DNA of 64,000 bases from assembly GCA_051294375.1 (NCBI GenBank), contig CM119269.1:1256537-1320536 (forward strand), given 5' to 3'. Below, piece by piece: positions 13,611-27,079 of the stretch. The notes under the pieces are model-generated. The model made no database searches. It had not been told where the DNA came from and was given only the letters and a program-made list of their open reading frames with translations. The position numbers were made by a program, and so were the translations under genes. Numbering within the stretch: the stretch's first letter is position 1; the number at the start of each line of letters is the position of its first letter. Origin of the DNA: Paraspadella gotoi. Its lineage: Eukaryota > Animalia > Chaetognatha.

Positions 13611-14947
13611 TCAAAGTTCCGTCGCCTTCCCGTTGACCTGGGCGACCTCGTTGTAAGGCGGCGGCGCTAAATTGACGCGGCCGATGTCGCCGGCGCTCAA
13701 TTCGACCCCGCGCCATCCGGCGTCGACGCCGGCTCGTTTTTCATCAACGCCGCCGTCGTAGACGACGTCGCCGAAACGCGGCGCCATCGGAACGACGCCT
13801 CCTTTGGTGGCGTCGGGCGTCGCCGATGGAATCGCAGTCGGAATCACGTAGGCGCGGTTGGGAGTGGGCGAGTACTTGATCGGCGCCGGTGGATGCAACG
13901 CCGGCGGATGAGGCGCCGGCATCATCGAGACGGCGGCGTTAGCGGCGTTCATCATCCTCGTTCGGGGCTCGAGGCGGTGGAACTCGTTGGCGGCGGCGAC
14001 GGCGTCATAAAAGTCTCGGTTGTTCTTGAAGGCGTCATTGAGGACGTCGACGTCCGAGACGAAGGCGCCGTTGTCGAGCCCGTCGACGATCACCTCCGCG
14101 CGACCGGCGTCGAGGTACGCCGGCGGACCTGGGACGGCGCCGGGAGCGTTACCGGCGCCGCGAAAGGCGTGATCGGGATGAGCGCGTCGGTGTGCGGCAC
14201 TCGCCGGAGGAGGAAGAGCGTGGAGTTGCTGCGGCGGCTGTTGGTGTTGGTGTTGGCGGAGCTGTTGTTGCATTTGTTGTTGCATATGCGGAAGATGCTG
14301 ATTGCCAAAGAGAAGCGTCTGAGAGGCGCTCGAGTCTTCGTTGGCTCCGTAGAGTCGATGATGGGGAAGATGATGATGATGATGATGATGATGATCATAG
14401 GGATGTGGATGACGATGCTGGTGAGGTGGGACAGAGGGCGGCGCCGAGATGGACGCTTGCGGAGCCAGGGAGGGCGCCAGAACGGGCCCCGCCACGCGGG
14501 CGGCGTCCAAACGGGGCGTGGTCTCCTTGGGCGGCAAGACGGGGCCCGACGAGTGGGAGGATGAAGCGAAGGAAGGCGGACGAGCGGCTTCGTCTGCAAA
14601 GTGGAGCATCGGGTTGACGGGATTTAGAAACTAACTTGGATGTACAATCATAGATTCTGCGATATGTATAATGATAATATAATGATCAAAATATATACAA
14701 TTGTAGGCCAATCAAGTTTTTTTAAACCGAACCTTGATTTCGCGGGCAAGGAACGTATCGCGAGGCGTGTCCGTTGGCCGCAGCGCTGACGGCAGCGCTA
14801 GCGGCGGCGGCTGCGGCGCTGGCGTTGAGATCCGGCGCCGACAGCGTGGAAAACTCTCTCGCGCTTCGATTTTGATATGTCTCTGTTGAGAAGAGAGAAA
14901 AGCTCTTTTATGAGAGATGAGCAGAAGGATGGAGAGGAGCAGAGAGC

Positions 14948-14988
<41 letters not shown>

Positions 14989-15564
14989 CACTCACGAGAC
15001 GGCGTCGCCAAGTGTCCGTTATGTCCGGCCGATCCGAGGGACGACGCGTCCGCTGAGCCCCAATTCGTCGCCGGCTTTTTTTGCTGCGAAAAGAGAGAAA
15101 AGTTGAGAATCGAATCAGATTTTGTTCACTTGATTTAGTAATTGATTTGGGACAAACGATCGAAAAATAAATTAGCTATGTTTCCCTTGACTTTTGAACA
15201 GGCTTTTGGACAGATTAAGATAATGATTTTTTGCATTTTTACTTGTTCATTTTTCTCGCTTTGAAATAACCCACCCGATTCTCACCTGGTTGTAAAACAT
15301 TGTGAGCGGGCAACGACAGGGACAGGATTTGAAGTCGTCCCAACGATAGTGGATCCCTCGACGATGCATGAAGAATCCGAGACCTGATGAGGAGGAGGTG
15401 AGTAGAGGAAAGAAAGGAGGAAGGGAGGAGGATGAGAAAAGAGGAGGAAAGGAGGAAAGGAGAAAAAATAGGGAGAAAAGGAAAGGAAAGAAATTGGAAT
15501 AAGTTTAGCTGATTGGTTAAAAATACTCTCTATCTTTCTCTCTCTGATAGAGAACGGTAACGAT

Positions 15565-15650
<86 letters not shown>

Positions 15651-16396
15651 AAACATACCTTATGATAGAGGCGAAAAGCAAGACGACGATAAAGAACGAC
15701 CAAACCATCCCGTGTAGTGGTGTTCCCCCTTGATCTTAAGTGGGGAGTCTCATCCTTGTCGTCGGGTTCTTTTGTCTGAGATCGAAAAATAAAAAAGGTT
15801 GGACGTTAAGAGACTACGAGATAATTGAACAACTATTTTAATATGGACAACTAAGAACCTATAATAAAAACATATATTTAACGACGAACACGACGTACTT
15901 AACAAATAATAACTATGACAACAAGGTGGTACAGAAGATTCAAGAGCTCCCACCACGCCCACCACCCACCCTCCGCCAACTGACCGTCGGGGGTTCCTTG
16001 ACGACGCAATCCGAGTTGGTCTCGCAGGTGCAGTTCGTCTCGTCGCTGAGGTCGGGCACGCCGCCGCGGACGGTGTACTTCTCGCACTCGGACTGACCGT
16101 TGCACAGTTGGAGGAAGTTCATGCAGTAGGGCTTGTTGTAGTGCTCGGCTGAGATGCACCTGGAGATTCGAGAAGTAGAAAAGGAGATAATTAACGTCGA
16201 AGCGAAATCCGGAATCAGTTGCTCCATCATCATCTTCATCATCATCGTCGCATTCTCACCTGAAGCCTTTCCATTGGAAATTAAGCGTGCACTGATTATC
16301 ACAGACGTGTGACCACTCATCCCGCCCATCTGTGGGACAGTCAACCACTCCGTCGCAGACTTTTGAATTGTCGATGCATTGTGGGACCGCGTCGCC
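13611..16396 (-). CDS. LDL-receptor class A domain type-I membrane protein with PPxY tail (LDLRAD3/LDLRAD4-like architecture); 5' end not resolved
   Basis: GT-AG exons on the minus strand are 16396-16260 (GDAVPQCIDNSKVCDGVVDCPTDGRDEWSHVCDNQCTLNFQWKGFR), 16159-15985 (CISAEHYNKPYCMNFLQLCNGQSECEK..DLSDETNC..), 15775-15659 (TM MVWSFFIVVLLFASII), 15383-15286 (GLGFFMHRRGIHYRWDDFKSCPCRCP..), 15083-14996, 14882-14733 and 14593-13611. The last exon is a Pro/His/Gln-rich tail with PPAY, PPPY and C-terminal TEL. Two LDLa signatures are present (C..CDG..DC..D..DE and C..CNG..EC..DLSDE.NC). All phases fit except the TM exon, which needs two 1-nt corrections. Confidence 0.8.
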
Positions 16397-16413
16397 CTGA
16401 GAAAAACCACGAG

Positions 16414-16610
<197 letters not shown>

Positions 16611-17328
16611 AGCGACAACGAATAAATTAGTTGTGGTCGGTTTTCGTAACTGGTTATATCAAAATTGCGCGAACTGTTGTCAAGTCGGTCGTTTCTGCCA
16701 GTCGAGCTGATTCAAGCAGAAAGGATATTTATTTACTTATGCTTTCTTCGCCCTTCGTCTCTCAACCTGCTGCCCTTTACTCTTAGGCCGCTCGAAGTTC
16801 CAAACAGCAGCATTCCTTACCATCATTGTTCCACCTTGTTTACCCCTGCCCCCACAGAAAATCCCTGGCATTAGCCCCGCCCTCCGACAGACGGTACTAA
16901 CTCGGCCCGGTACTTGGCTCTCTCTCTCTCNNNNNNNNNNNNNNNNNNNNNNNNNNNNNNNNNNNNNNNNNNNNNNNNNNNNNNNNNNNNNNNNNNNNNN
17001 NNNNNNNNNNNNNNNNNNNNNNNNNNNNNNNNNNNNNNNNNNNNNNNNNNNNNNNNNNNNNNNNNNNNNNNNNNNNNNNNNNNNNNNNNNNNNNNNNNNN
17101 NNNNNNNNNNNNNNNNNNNNNNNNNNNNNNNNNNNNNNNNNNNNNNNNNNNNNNNNNNNNNNNNNNNNNNNNNNNCCCGGGGATTTATTTCGGGTCGACC
17201 GGATTGGCGGAGCCGAACCGGGTAACCGGAAAACCTCGGTTTAATTCGTTGCGGAATCTCGGGATTTTGAGTCCCAGTCGCCGGAATCTTTACCGGATGT
17301 CGGATCTTCTGAAACTTGGCAAGTTTTT

Positions 17329-17360
<32 letters not shown>

Positions 17361-17390
17361 CAACATGAGCGACCTCAGTCCTCTCATTAC

Positions 17391-17419
17391 CGTTGCATGT
17401 CCGTCGCAGGGAAGGAGAG
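17391..17419 (-). CDS. Candidate upstream 29-nt micro-exon of the LDLa gene
   Basis: It reads ccccacag|CT CTC CTT CCC TGC GAC GGA CAT GCA ACG|gtaatg. It ends in phase 0 and joins as LLPCDGHAT-GDAVPQC, supplying a missing LDLa cysteine. An N-gap (16931-17175) lies in between and could hide the real exon. Confidence 0.35.
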
Positions 17420-17449
17420 CTGTGGGGAAAAAAACCGGCGACGGCGACA

Positions 17450-17495
<46 letters not shown>

Positions 17496-18525
17496 TGGCG
17501 GCGGCGGCGGCGGCGACAAGCAAAGATTGTTGCCAAAGCAAACGGACAAGAAGGGGAGTCAACCAGAAACACAGAGTCGAACAATCAGAGAATCATGACC
17601 CACGAGTTGTTGTTACAGGATTTCTGAGTTGAACGACACGAGATGACAACAACAACGACAATAAAAATCAAATCATTTGTTCATTTATTTCGTCATCACA
17701 AATACAACAAACAAAAAAATCAAACTTGATGTTCGATCAGTGACGTCACAACTTCCGGTTTTGCGAGAGAAATTCGAGGAAGCGATAAGAGAAAAGGCGA
17801 GGGCGAATGGGATAGCGAGAGAGAGAGAGAGAGAGANNNNNNNNNNNNNNNNNNNNNNNNNNNNNNNNNNNNNNNNNNNNNNNNNNNNNNNNNNNNNNNN
17901 NNNNNNNNNNNNNNNNNNNNNNNNNNNNNNNNNNNNNNNNNNNNNNNNNNNNNNNNNNNNNNNNNNNAGAGAGAGAGAGAGAGAGAGAGATTGAAAACCG
18001 CAAAGACTGATTAGAAGTAACAGTCATACCCTAAATTTAGTCGCCCAGAAAAACGAAGGGAATGTGACGTTGAGACCGAGGCAACCTTCATCTTAATTAA
18101 TTAATTAATTTATTTANNNNNNNNNNNNNNNNNNNNNNNNNNNNNNNNNNNNNNNNNNNNNNNNNNNNNNNNNNNNNNNNNNNNNNNNNNNNNNNNNNNN
18201 NNNNNNNNNNNNNNNNNNNNNNNNNNNNNNNNNNNNNNNNNNNNNNNNNNNNNNNNNNNNNNNNNNNNNNNNNNNNNNNNNNNNNNNNNNNNNNNNNNNN
18301 NNNNNNNNNNNNNNNNNNNNNNNNNNNNNNNNNNNNNNNNNNNNNNNNNNNNNNNNNNNNNNNNNNNNNNNNNNNNNNNNNNNNNNNNNNNNNNNNNNNN
18401 NNNNNNNNNNNNNNNNNNNNNNNNNNNNNNNNNNNNNNNNNNNNNNNNNNNNNNNNNNNNNNATTTATTTATTTATTTATTATTTATTTATTATTTATTA
18501 TTTATTGTTTATTTATTATTTTTTT

Positions 18526-18608
<83 letters not shown>

Positions 18609-19319
18609 CTCTCTCCCTCTCTCTCTCTCCCTCTCCTCGCACGGTGCCTCTAAAACGGACATTGCGGTCGGCGTCGACGAATTGTCTATGACGTCACGAG
18701 TGCCTCTGAGAATCCGTAGCAAGTGTCGAGAGGTGTCGACAGGTGGATCAGGCGGATGCCAACGGAAAAAAGGAAAAGGAAGAAGAGGATGAGGAGTTGA
18801 GGAGCAGAAGAGGAGGCGGTCAAAAATCCGACGCCAGGAAGGAGAATAAAAAAAATTGAAATTTTCGTTGAGGTGCGTTTCACATCTCAGTAAGTCTCTC
18901 CGGCCNNNNNNNNNNNNNNNNNNNNNNNNNNNNNNNNNNNNNNNNNNNNNNNNNNNNNNNNNNNNNNNNNNNNNNNNNNNNNNNNNNNNNNNNNNNNNNN
19001 NNNNNNNNNNNNNNNNNNNNNNNNNNNNNNNNNNNNNNNNNNNNNNNNNNNNNNNNNNNNNNNNNNNNNNNNNNNNNNNNNNNNNNNNNNNNNNNNNNNN
19101 NNNNNNNNNNNNNNNNNNNNNNNNNNNNNNNNNNNNNNNNNNNNNNNNTTTTTTTATTTTTATTTTTTGTCTTTCATCTCTCCGAGCCTTTTCTTTTAAC
19201 TAAATTCATTTTATCTTTTCTCTCCTCATATTTTTCCGTCCTTCCTCTTTGGCCGTAACATCGGCCGAATTTTAAAATTTGGCCGCCAAATGTCTGTTCT
19301 CCATTTGGGCCGGACGGGA

Positions 19320-19400
19320 AAGAAAGGGGCGGAAGCCAAAAATTTGGAGGCGTTTCGCTTTCTACTCATCGATTCATTTCCTTTGCGCATGCGCGCCCGA
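19320..19400. promoter_or_regulatory. NRF1/EWG palindrome plus GC box and ETS-like site
   Basis: TGCGCATGCGC at 19384-19394 and GGGGCGGAAG near 19326, upstream of the minus-strand LDLa gene. Confidence 0.35.
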
Positions 19401-22111
19401 TGTTCACATTCCTTCGTTCATCCAATTTCTACGTTCATTTTGATTCTTTTTTTTTTCTTTTTTTTTTAATCTTAAGTTATTTTTCTTTTTCATTCATTTT
19501 TTCTTCGGTCTTTGATCTCAACATTTTTTCTTCCCTCTAAAATTCTCTATGAGGTTTTTGTGAAAAGCGAAATAATTTTTTTTTTCATGGAGAAGAGAAA
19601 GAGAAAGAAAGCGGGGACCGGAAGTCCGTGGAGAAGAAGAGGAGAAAGGGGAAAATGTGGGGATAAATGGGCAAGATGGGGAAAAAAGGGGAAGATGTGG
19701 GGATAAATGGGCAAGATGGGGAAAAAAGGGGAAGATTAAAATGAGAGAAGTCAAAGATAATCTTTTTAACACTTAGTTTTATTATTTTCTAAAAAGCGCA
19801 ATTTTCGATTTGAACGAATTTATACTGTGCTTCAATGAAATAAATAAATAAATATAGTCAAGTAATTTTGTAACTTTCCGTATATGCAATAATTTCATGG
19901 AAAATTATTTTAAAATCTATCAGATAGTTATGTATTCTACGTATCTTTCATTTTATACAAACGTCTGTATTTACTCATTTATCTCTTTTCGTCCCTTGAA
20001 TTAAGGCTTAATTCAACCGCCACACTTTTTATGTCTGGATTGACTCGACTTTGCAGATTTAATTTCTTTTTTCTAGAATTTTTTCGGAAATATTGAAGAA
20101 ATGGAAACCAGAGGGCAGAGGCGGGAAAGAGAGGGAAAGAGAGGGAAAGAGAGGCGGAGGAGGGAAAGAGAGGGGATAAGTTCGAAAGAGAGAGAAAGAA
20201 AGAGAAAAATGTTTTTCTCATCAATTTTTCCAATATTAATTTTTTCGTTCCTAAGAAGATCAAAGTTTGGACCGGAAGGAAATTAGAACCAGTCACTCCC
20301 ACTTGAAAAAAGATGGAGAGAGAGAGANNNNNNNNNNNNNNNNNNNNNNNNNNNNNNNNNNNNNNNNNNNNNNNNNNNNNNNNNNNNNNNNNNNNNNNNN
20401 NNNNNNNNNNNNNNNNNNNNNNNNNNNNNNNNNNNNNNNNNNNNNNNNNNNNNNNNNNNNNNNNNNNNNNNNNNNNNNNNGAGAGAGAGAGAGAGAGTGA
20501 CGACCGACACGTCGTGATTTTTCAACCCCTGATGCTTTTTTTAAGTCGTCACTTTTAAAAGTGAAAATTATTTCGTTTTATTAGCGTCATCAATTTCAGT
20601 TTTGGTTTTTTGTTACATCGTCTCGGATTTTTTTTTCCCCGCTCAACCCATAAACACTTTTTTTTTATGTTAGATGATCGAACCAGACTAACTTCCGGTG
20701 TGAAGAAGCAAATCGAAAATGAGGACTCATCATCGTCATCGTCATCATCATTATCATCATCGTCATCATCATCATTATCATCATCGTCATCATCATCCAT
20801 ATTCATTTTCAGCTTCTTCTTTTTGTACTCTGGTAGAAATTTTAGTTTTTCTCTCAGTGAAAGGCCTCCACAACGAAAAATCATAAAATAACCAAGGCTG
20901 TTACCGTGTTTTTACCGTCTTTACTCGCTCTCTCTCTNNNNNNNNNNNNNNNNNNNNNNNNNNNNNNNNNNNNNNNNNNNNNNNNNNNNNNNNNNNNNNN
21001 NNNNNNNNNNNNNNNNNNNNNNNNNNNNNNNNNNNNNNNNNNNNNNNNNNNNNNNNNNNNNNNNNNNNNNNNNNNNNNNNNNNNNNNNNNNNNNNNNNNN
21101 NNNNNNNNNNNNNNNNNNNNNNNNNNNNNNNNNNNNNNNNNNNNNNNNNNNNNNNNNNNNNNNNNNNNNNNNNNNNNNNNNNNNNNNNNNNNNNNNNNNN
21201 NNNNNNNNNNNNNNNNNNNNNNNNNNNNNNNNNNNNNNNNNNNNNNNNNNNNNNNNNNNNNNNNNNNNNNNNNNNNNNNNNNNNNNNNNNNNNNNNNNNN
21301 NNNNNNNNNNNNNNNNNNNNNNNNNNNNNNNNNNNNNNNNNNNNNNNNNNNNNNNNNNNNNNNNNNNNNNNNNNNNNNNNNNNNNNNNNNNNNNNNNNNN
21401 NNNNNNNNNNNNNNNNNNNNNNNNNNNNNNNNNNNNNNNNNNNNNNNNNNNNNNNNNNNNNNNNNNNNNNNNNNNNNNNNNNNNNNNNNNNNNNNNNNNN
21501 NNNNNNNNNNNNNNNNNNNNNNNNNNNNNNNNNNNNNNNNNNNNNNNNNNNNNNNNNNNNNNNNNNNNNNNNNNNNNNNNNNNNNNNNNNNNNNNNNNNN
21601 NNNNNNAGAAAAAAGGTAGCCGGCTTGCATCCTTCCTCTCTCTCTCACAAATGCGTGAGCCTGTTTACGAGGGGGGCGGAATAAGAGAGGAAGAACAAAC
21701 AGGGTTAAGACCGAAGAAGAAGATCGAGCAACAAAAAAGAAAACAAAAGAATAAAAAGAAAACAAAAAGAAAACTAAAGAATGAGCCTTTGTGTGGCTTC
21801 TCAACCAATTGGACAGCCTTCGCTGTTGGTCGTTGCAATTTCTTGGCGAGAATCAATCAATTAATCAAAATCTGTTGCTCCCTTCTTTCTTTTTCATTTC
21901 ATTTTCTCTTCTTTATTTTTCCTAATCCTTACTTTTTAAAAAAAAATATATATCTTATTCCTTGTTTTTTCTTATTCAAAATTTTATTTTTTTCATTCGA
22001 TTAATCTGGCTCAAGACAGGATTTAAATTTCTCCTTCGAAATTTTCCCTTTTTTTTCACCTTCAATCAAATTTCATCCTTTGATCTTTTTTTTTTCTCAT
22101 CGAAGACGAAT

Positions 22112-22179
<68 letters not shown>

Positions 22180-22326
22180 ATTAAATCCCTCATAAACCAC
22201 TTTGTTCATTTCCTTCATCTTTTGTCTTCGACTTCGTCTCAACCTGTGACGTAACCAATGTCGCCGAAAACATCGCTCGATGTCCTCGTCGCGGGTCGTT
22301 AAGGGGAAATGACGTCATCGTCGCTT

Positions 22327-22362
<36 letters not shown>

Positions 22363-22510
22363 TATCAACCCCATTGACATCAATGTCGTTTATCGTTCAT
22401 TGATCGAATTTCGTCGACAGCAAATATTCGATAATCGTGATTCAATTTCTCGTTACTTAGCAAATCTCTCACGTCTGTGTCATCGTTATCATCGCGTTCG
22501 TTTAATCGTT

Positions 22511-22599
<89 letters not shown>

Positions 22600-22721
22600 T
22601 CGAGTCATAATCATAAATTCTAATCATTAAAATCACGAAGGAAAAATCATCCTTTCCTTTGATTTTAAAAATCTCCTCTCTTTCTCTCTCTCTCCTCTGC
22701 CTCTCTCATCTTCTTCTCTCT

Positions 22722-22759
<38 letters not shown>

Positions 22760-22779
22760 CTCTCTCTTCTCTTCTCTTC

Positions 22780-22825
<46 letters not shown>

Positions 22826-23642
22826 CCCTTTTAATATCTTTTCGTTTTCCTCTCTAAGGAAGAACCTCTTTTCCTTTTTTCCCTATCGTCAACCGTCAAA
22901 ATCTTTTTCCTTCTCATTATGGACATCTTTTTATATATTTTCTTTTCCATTTCCCTATTTTTTTCCGTCAGTTCCTCTCTCTTCTCTTCTCCTCTCTCGT
23001 CTCTCGTCTCTCCTCTCTCTCTCCTCTCTCTCTCTTCTCTCTCTCCCTCTCTCCTCGCTCATGGTCAATTCATTTTTCCGCCGGTTCGGTTCATTTCCTG
23101 TTTTCACGGAAATCAAATCCCGATACGATTTTTTTTTTTCCTGGCGACAATTTTCGCCGAGACGCGGGACGACGGAAGCGGAGTTTTTTTTTTCTCTCTC
23201 CTAATCCTCTGATTAGTCGCGGTTAAGAAGAACGAAAGGCCTCTGATTGGTCGATTCCATGAACCGAAAAGAGGTCGATCGTCGTAATCTGAGTGGTCGT
23301 CGGAAATGCTCGCTGATTGTCAAATCGCAGCGGGGAACGTCGAGTGAGTATTTTCGTGTTGTGAGAACGAATCGTCCGGGCGTCCGACTCAGATTTCCGC
23401 GGAGACGGTTGACCGCGGGAGGTCATTGTTCCAATTTCGGCGACTGGTCATGTCCGAAGTCACGTGGGAGGAAGTGACCCTCGCGTCTCTTTTGTTTTTC
23501 TTTATCGTTCTCTCTCTCTCTTTCTGTATCTCTTTTAAACGATATATATAATTTTACCCCTTAGTAACAATTTTCAAATTAAAATTTTTTCGTTTATTCT
23601 TTCCGTTTAAATGAAACATCTCTCCTCTCTCTCTCTCTCTCC

Positions 23643-23691
<49 letters not shown>

Positions 23692-25883
23692 CTCAGAAAA
23701 TTTACATTCGAGTAAAATCAAAACACTTGAATAACACAGTAGACAATAGTATAAAAAAAAGATTCTCGCCTGATTATACACGAGAGAAAACAGAACGAAA
23801 AAAAACATAAATATTCCGGTCTTCGAAGAAAAAAGTCAAAGTCAAAACAGAGAGACGAGAGAGAGAGAGAGAGAGAGAGGAGAGATGGAGAGCAGAGAGC
23901 AACAAAAAGAAAATAGATAAACAACTTTATCGAAAAAATACCTAAAATATACACAAAACTCGCAAAAATACTGAATAAAAATTTATCCTATGCATTTCAA
24001 AAATGGTAACTCATACAGAGGATTTTTTAAATTTATTTGTACTTTTTACCGGCCTTAATGTGCTTCGCGAAAAACCAAAAAAAATAAAATGTAGTTAGGA
24101 GAGAGAGCAAGAGGAGACGAGAGAGATGAAGACGAGAGAGAGAGAGAGATTGAGAGAGAGACTGAAAGAATTGAGACGATTAAGCACGTAAAGGCGATAC
24201 GAGGCCGATTTCCTCATTTTTTCTCTCGTTTTTTTTTTTTATGCTCTTTCGTTGATTTGCGATTTGGCGTAATCGGCTTGTGAATCACTTATCCGCACTC
24301 TCTTGTTTCACCCCGTCCACCCCTTTCACCCTCGTTTTTAAACCCTCCCAAACCACTTCGCCCCTACCCAAACCCCCAACGCCTCACCAAACCGCATCAT
24401 TTACTTTTTCATGTGTCGCAAAAAAAAAAGAAGGGAAAAACGTCAGTAAAAATCTGATTTTTCGCCATCACTTGCCCGGCCGAGGCCTTTAGATTGACGG
24501 GAGAGCGGAGAGGGAGGAGAGAGAGCGAGGGGAGAGGAGGAGAGAGAGAGAGAGAAGAGAGAAAAGAGAGAGAGAGAGGGAGAAGGGCCCAAAGCCACAC
24601 GAGGCGGTTTTATGAAATCGTGTTGAAATCGAGTCGATTAAATCAAGTAAGCGAGTAAAACACGGACGCGTTTTCCTCGTTAGGGACCGTTTTTGTGTTT
24701 TTGTTTTTCTTTTTTTGTTTCTTTTTTGTTTAAATTTGTTTTGTTTTATTTTTTTTGTTTGGTTACGCTTATTCAATTCTAGTTCGTTCGTTTCTTAGTT
24801 TACTCGTTTTTTTTCAAAAGGATTATCACATAATTTTTTTTTTAAAAAATAGAATCCAATATGTGATAGGTTTTTATTTAGGCTTTGGCTTATAAAACTA
24901 TAAATTTATTAAACTTGGAATTAATGCAAAACGTTGTTGTAGCTGTCCATTGTTTCGTTAGCAAAGTTCCAAGAAAATGTCCAGTTTTGATATTCGCAAC
25001 TTTGTAGAGAATCAGTGACAATTGATTTTTTCCAAACAGTGACGTGCGAGTCGTCGGGTATCGTTTTTGAACTTTCGACGTTGTCATCGTCAGTCATTGT
25101 ATCATTTCGTTGGTTCCGCGGTTATTGTCGTGGTTTCATCTCCCCCCATCCTCGGCTCACTCGGGGCCGGATTTTGCGTCGGCTGTAGCAGATGAAACTC
25201 GTTTGGGGTTTTCGGTGCAGGGGGATGTTGGGGGATACGATGGGTCGCTCGACAGAGCTGCGGTGGGGGTGGGGCGTCGGTCGTCAGGGAGGACGAGTGG
25301 ACGCCTGTGCGACGATAAGGGTGGGGCGAGTGCGGAGGCGGAGGGTGGGGGAGGAGGGAGAGGATGTAAACGAAAAAATGTGTAATGGGAAAACATCACC
25401 GTCTTTTATATATCATCATTATTCCTAATATCATTTCATCATCATCGGTCCTCTTTTCGTCGTCCGTCTTCATCGGAGCGGTTCATCCCAGCGACTGTTG
25501 ACATTAGGAGGTTCCCTGCCAGCAGAGTCTGAAGATTGTCTGTCCCCACCGTGAGAGAGAGAGGAGAGACGGATGAGAGAGATGAGACGAGACGAGAGAG
25601 AGAAAGAGAGAGAGAGAGATTGGAGAGAGAGAGAGAGGAGAGAAGTAGAGGAGAGAAGAGAGAGAGAGATGAGATGAGAGAGAGAGATGTACGGATTGCC
25701 ATTATCAAGGAAAGTATATATTTCGTTGAATATTCATATTTTTCTATTATAAACATATAAACATCTTCGTCCCTTTTATTTTTTTTCCAAATTTAATATT
25801 TGAAATTCCTAACTAAAAAAAGTAACTTCCTCAGTCTGGCGGTCGGCGAATGGGATCTAAGACGACGACGATGAAGATGCCGG

Positions 25884-25950
<67 letters not shown>

Positions 25951-26289
25951 AGGATTTTTTAGATTCGCCTCCGCAGAAGAAGATGTCGAAACAAGAAAGA
26001 AAATAAAATAAATAAAAAAAAGCAAAAAAAAAAAAAAAACAAACAATTGGCCGAGTCCGTATGTTTATTTCCTCAACATATAACATTTATTATCATTAAT
26101 TATTCATGAGCCGGCGTGGGAGGTTAAAGTAGATAGCGATATCTCAACGAAGAATTACTTTCCTCCAGAATCAAAACAAATTCGACATTTTTATCCTTCT
26201 TTTGGGGGAAATCTTATTTCTTCTCCGAGTCTCTCGAAACTCAAAACTTTGGTGAAGGATGTTCAAGGAGATGGAGCTTCAATAGAGAA

Positions 26290-26353
<64 letters not shown>

Positions 26354-26463
26354 GGAGAAGGGGAAAGCTACGTGTTATTAAACAAAAATCTAAGAATGGG
26401 CTAATTATCAGTGAAAAGATCATATAGTAATTTGAAGATGTGTGCTTTCTATTTTGACGCAAA

Positions 26464-26605
<142 letters not shown>

Positions 26606-27043
26606 AAGTAAGTTTGGAGCCAACTTCCATCCGCCACAGGTTGAACGTAGGAGAACTTGATTCAATTTTTTTGGTGAAAAAGAAAAAATGAGATTCGGAA
26701 ATCGGGGACTCGCGTCACAGAAGGAATAAGTCTGGGTCCTCGTCTCACTTTCGCTCACTTTGCGTCTCACTCTAAGTCAGTCAGTCGTTCTTACTTCCAC
26801 TCTTGTTAAATTCACTCGTTTCTTCTCATTTCACTAACATCTGTTACTTTTTTATTGCGGATTTAAAACCAGCCCAAACTTGTTCATTTAAAAATTCAGC
26901 GTTGTATCTTGCCCATTTTCTTTTATTTTTATCTAAACACACGCTTTGGTTAGTTTTTGTTTATATTATTAATTTAACTAAGGAAAAATTCCAGAATTTG
27001 GTAAAAGAATAGTCTCAATCAAAATGATATTTAAAACGGCGCA

Positions 27044-27079
<36 letters not shown>

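Noticed and set aside
13893-14617. Plus-strand ORFs of 223 and 141 aa
   Set aside because: Antisense shadows of the GC-rich last exon of the LDLa gene.
15659-15775. Stop-codon reassignment (TAA as sense) to explain the TM exon
   Set aside because: Reassignment cannot fix the phase mismatch: a 117-nt exon cannot go from phase 0 to phase 1.
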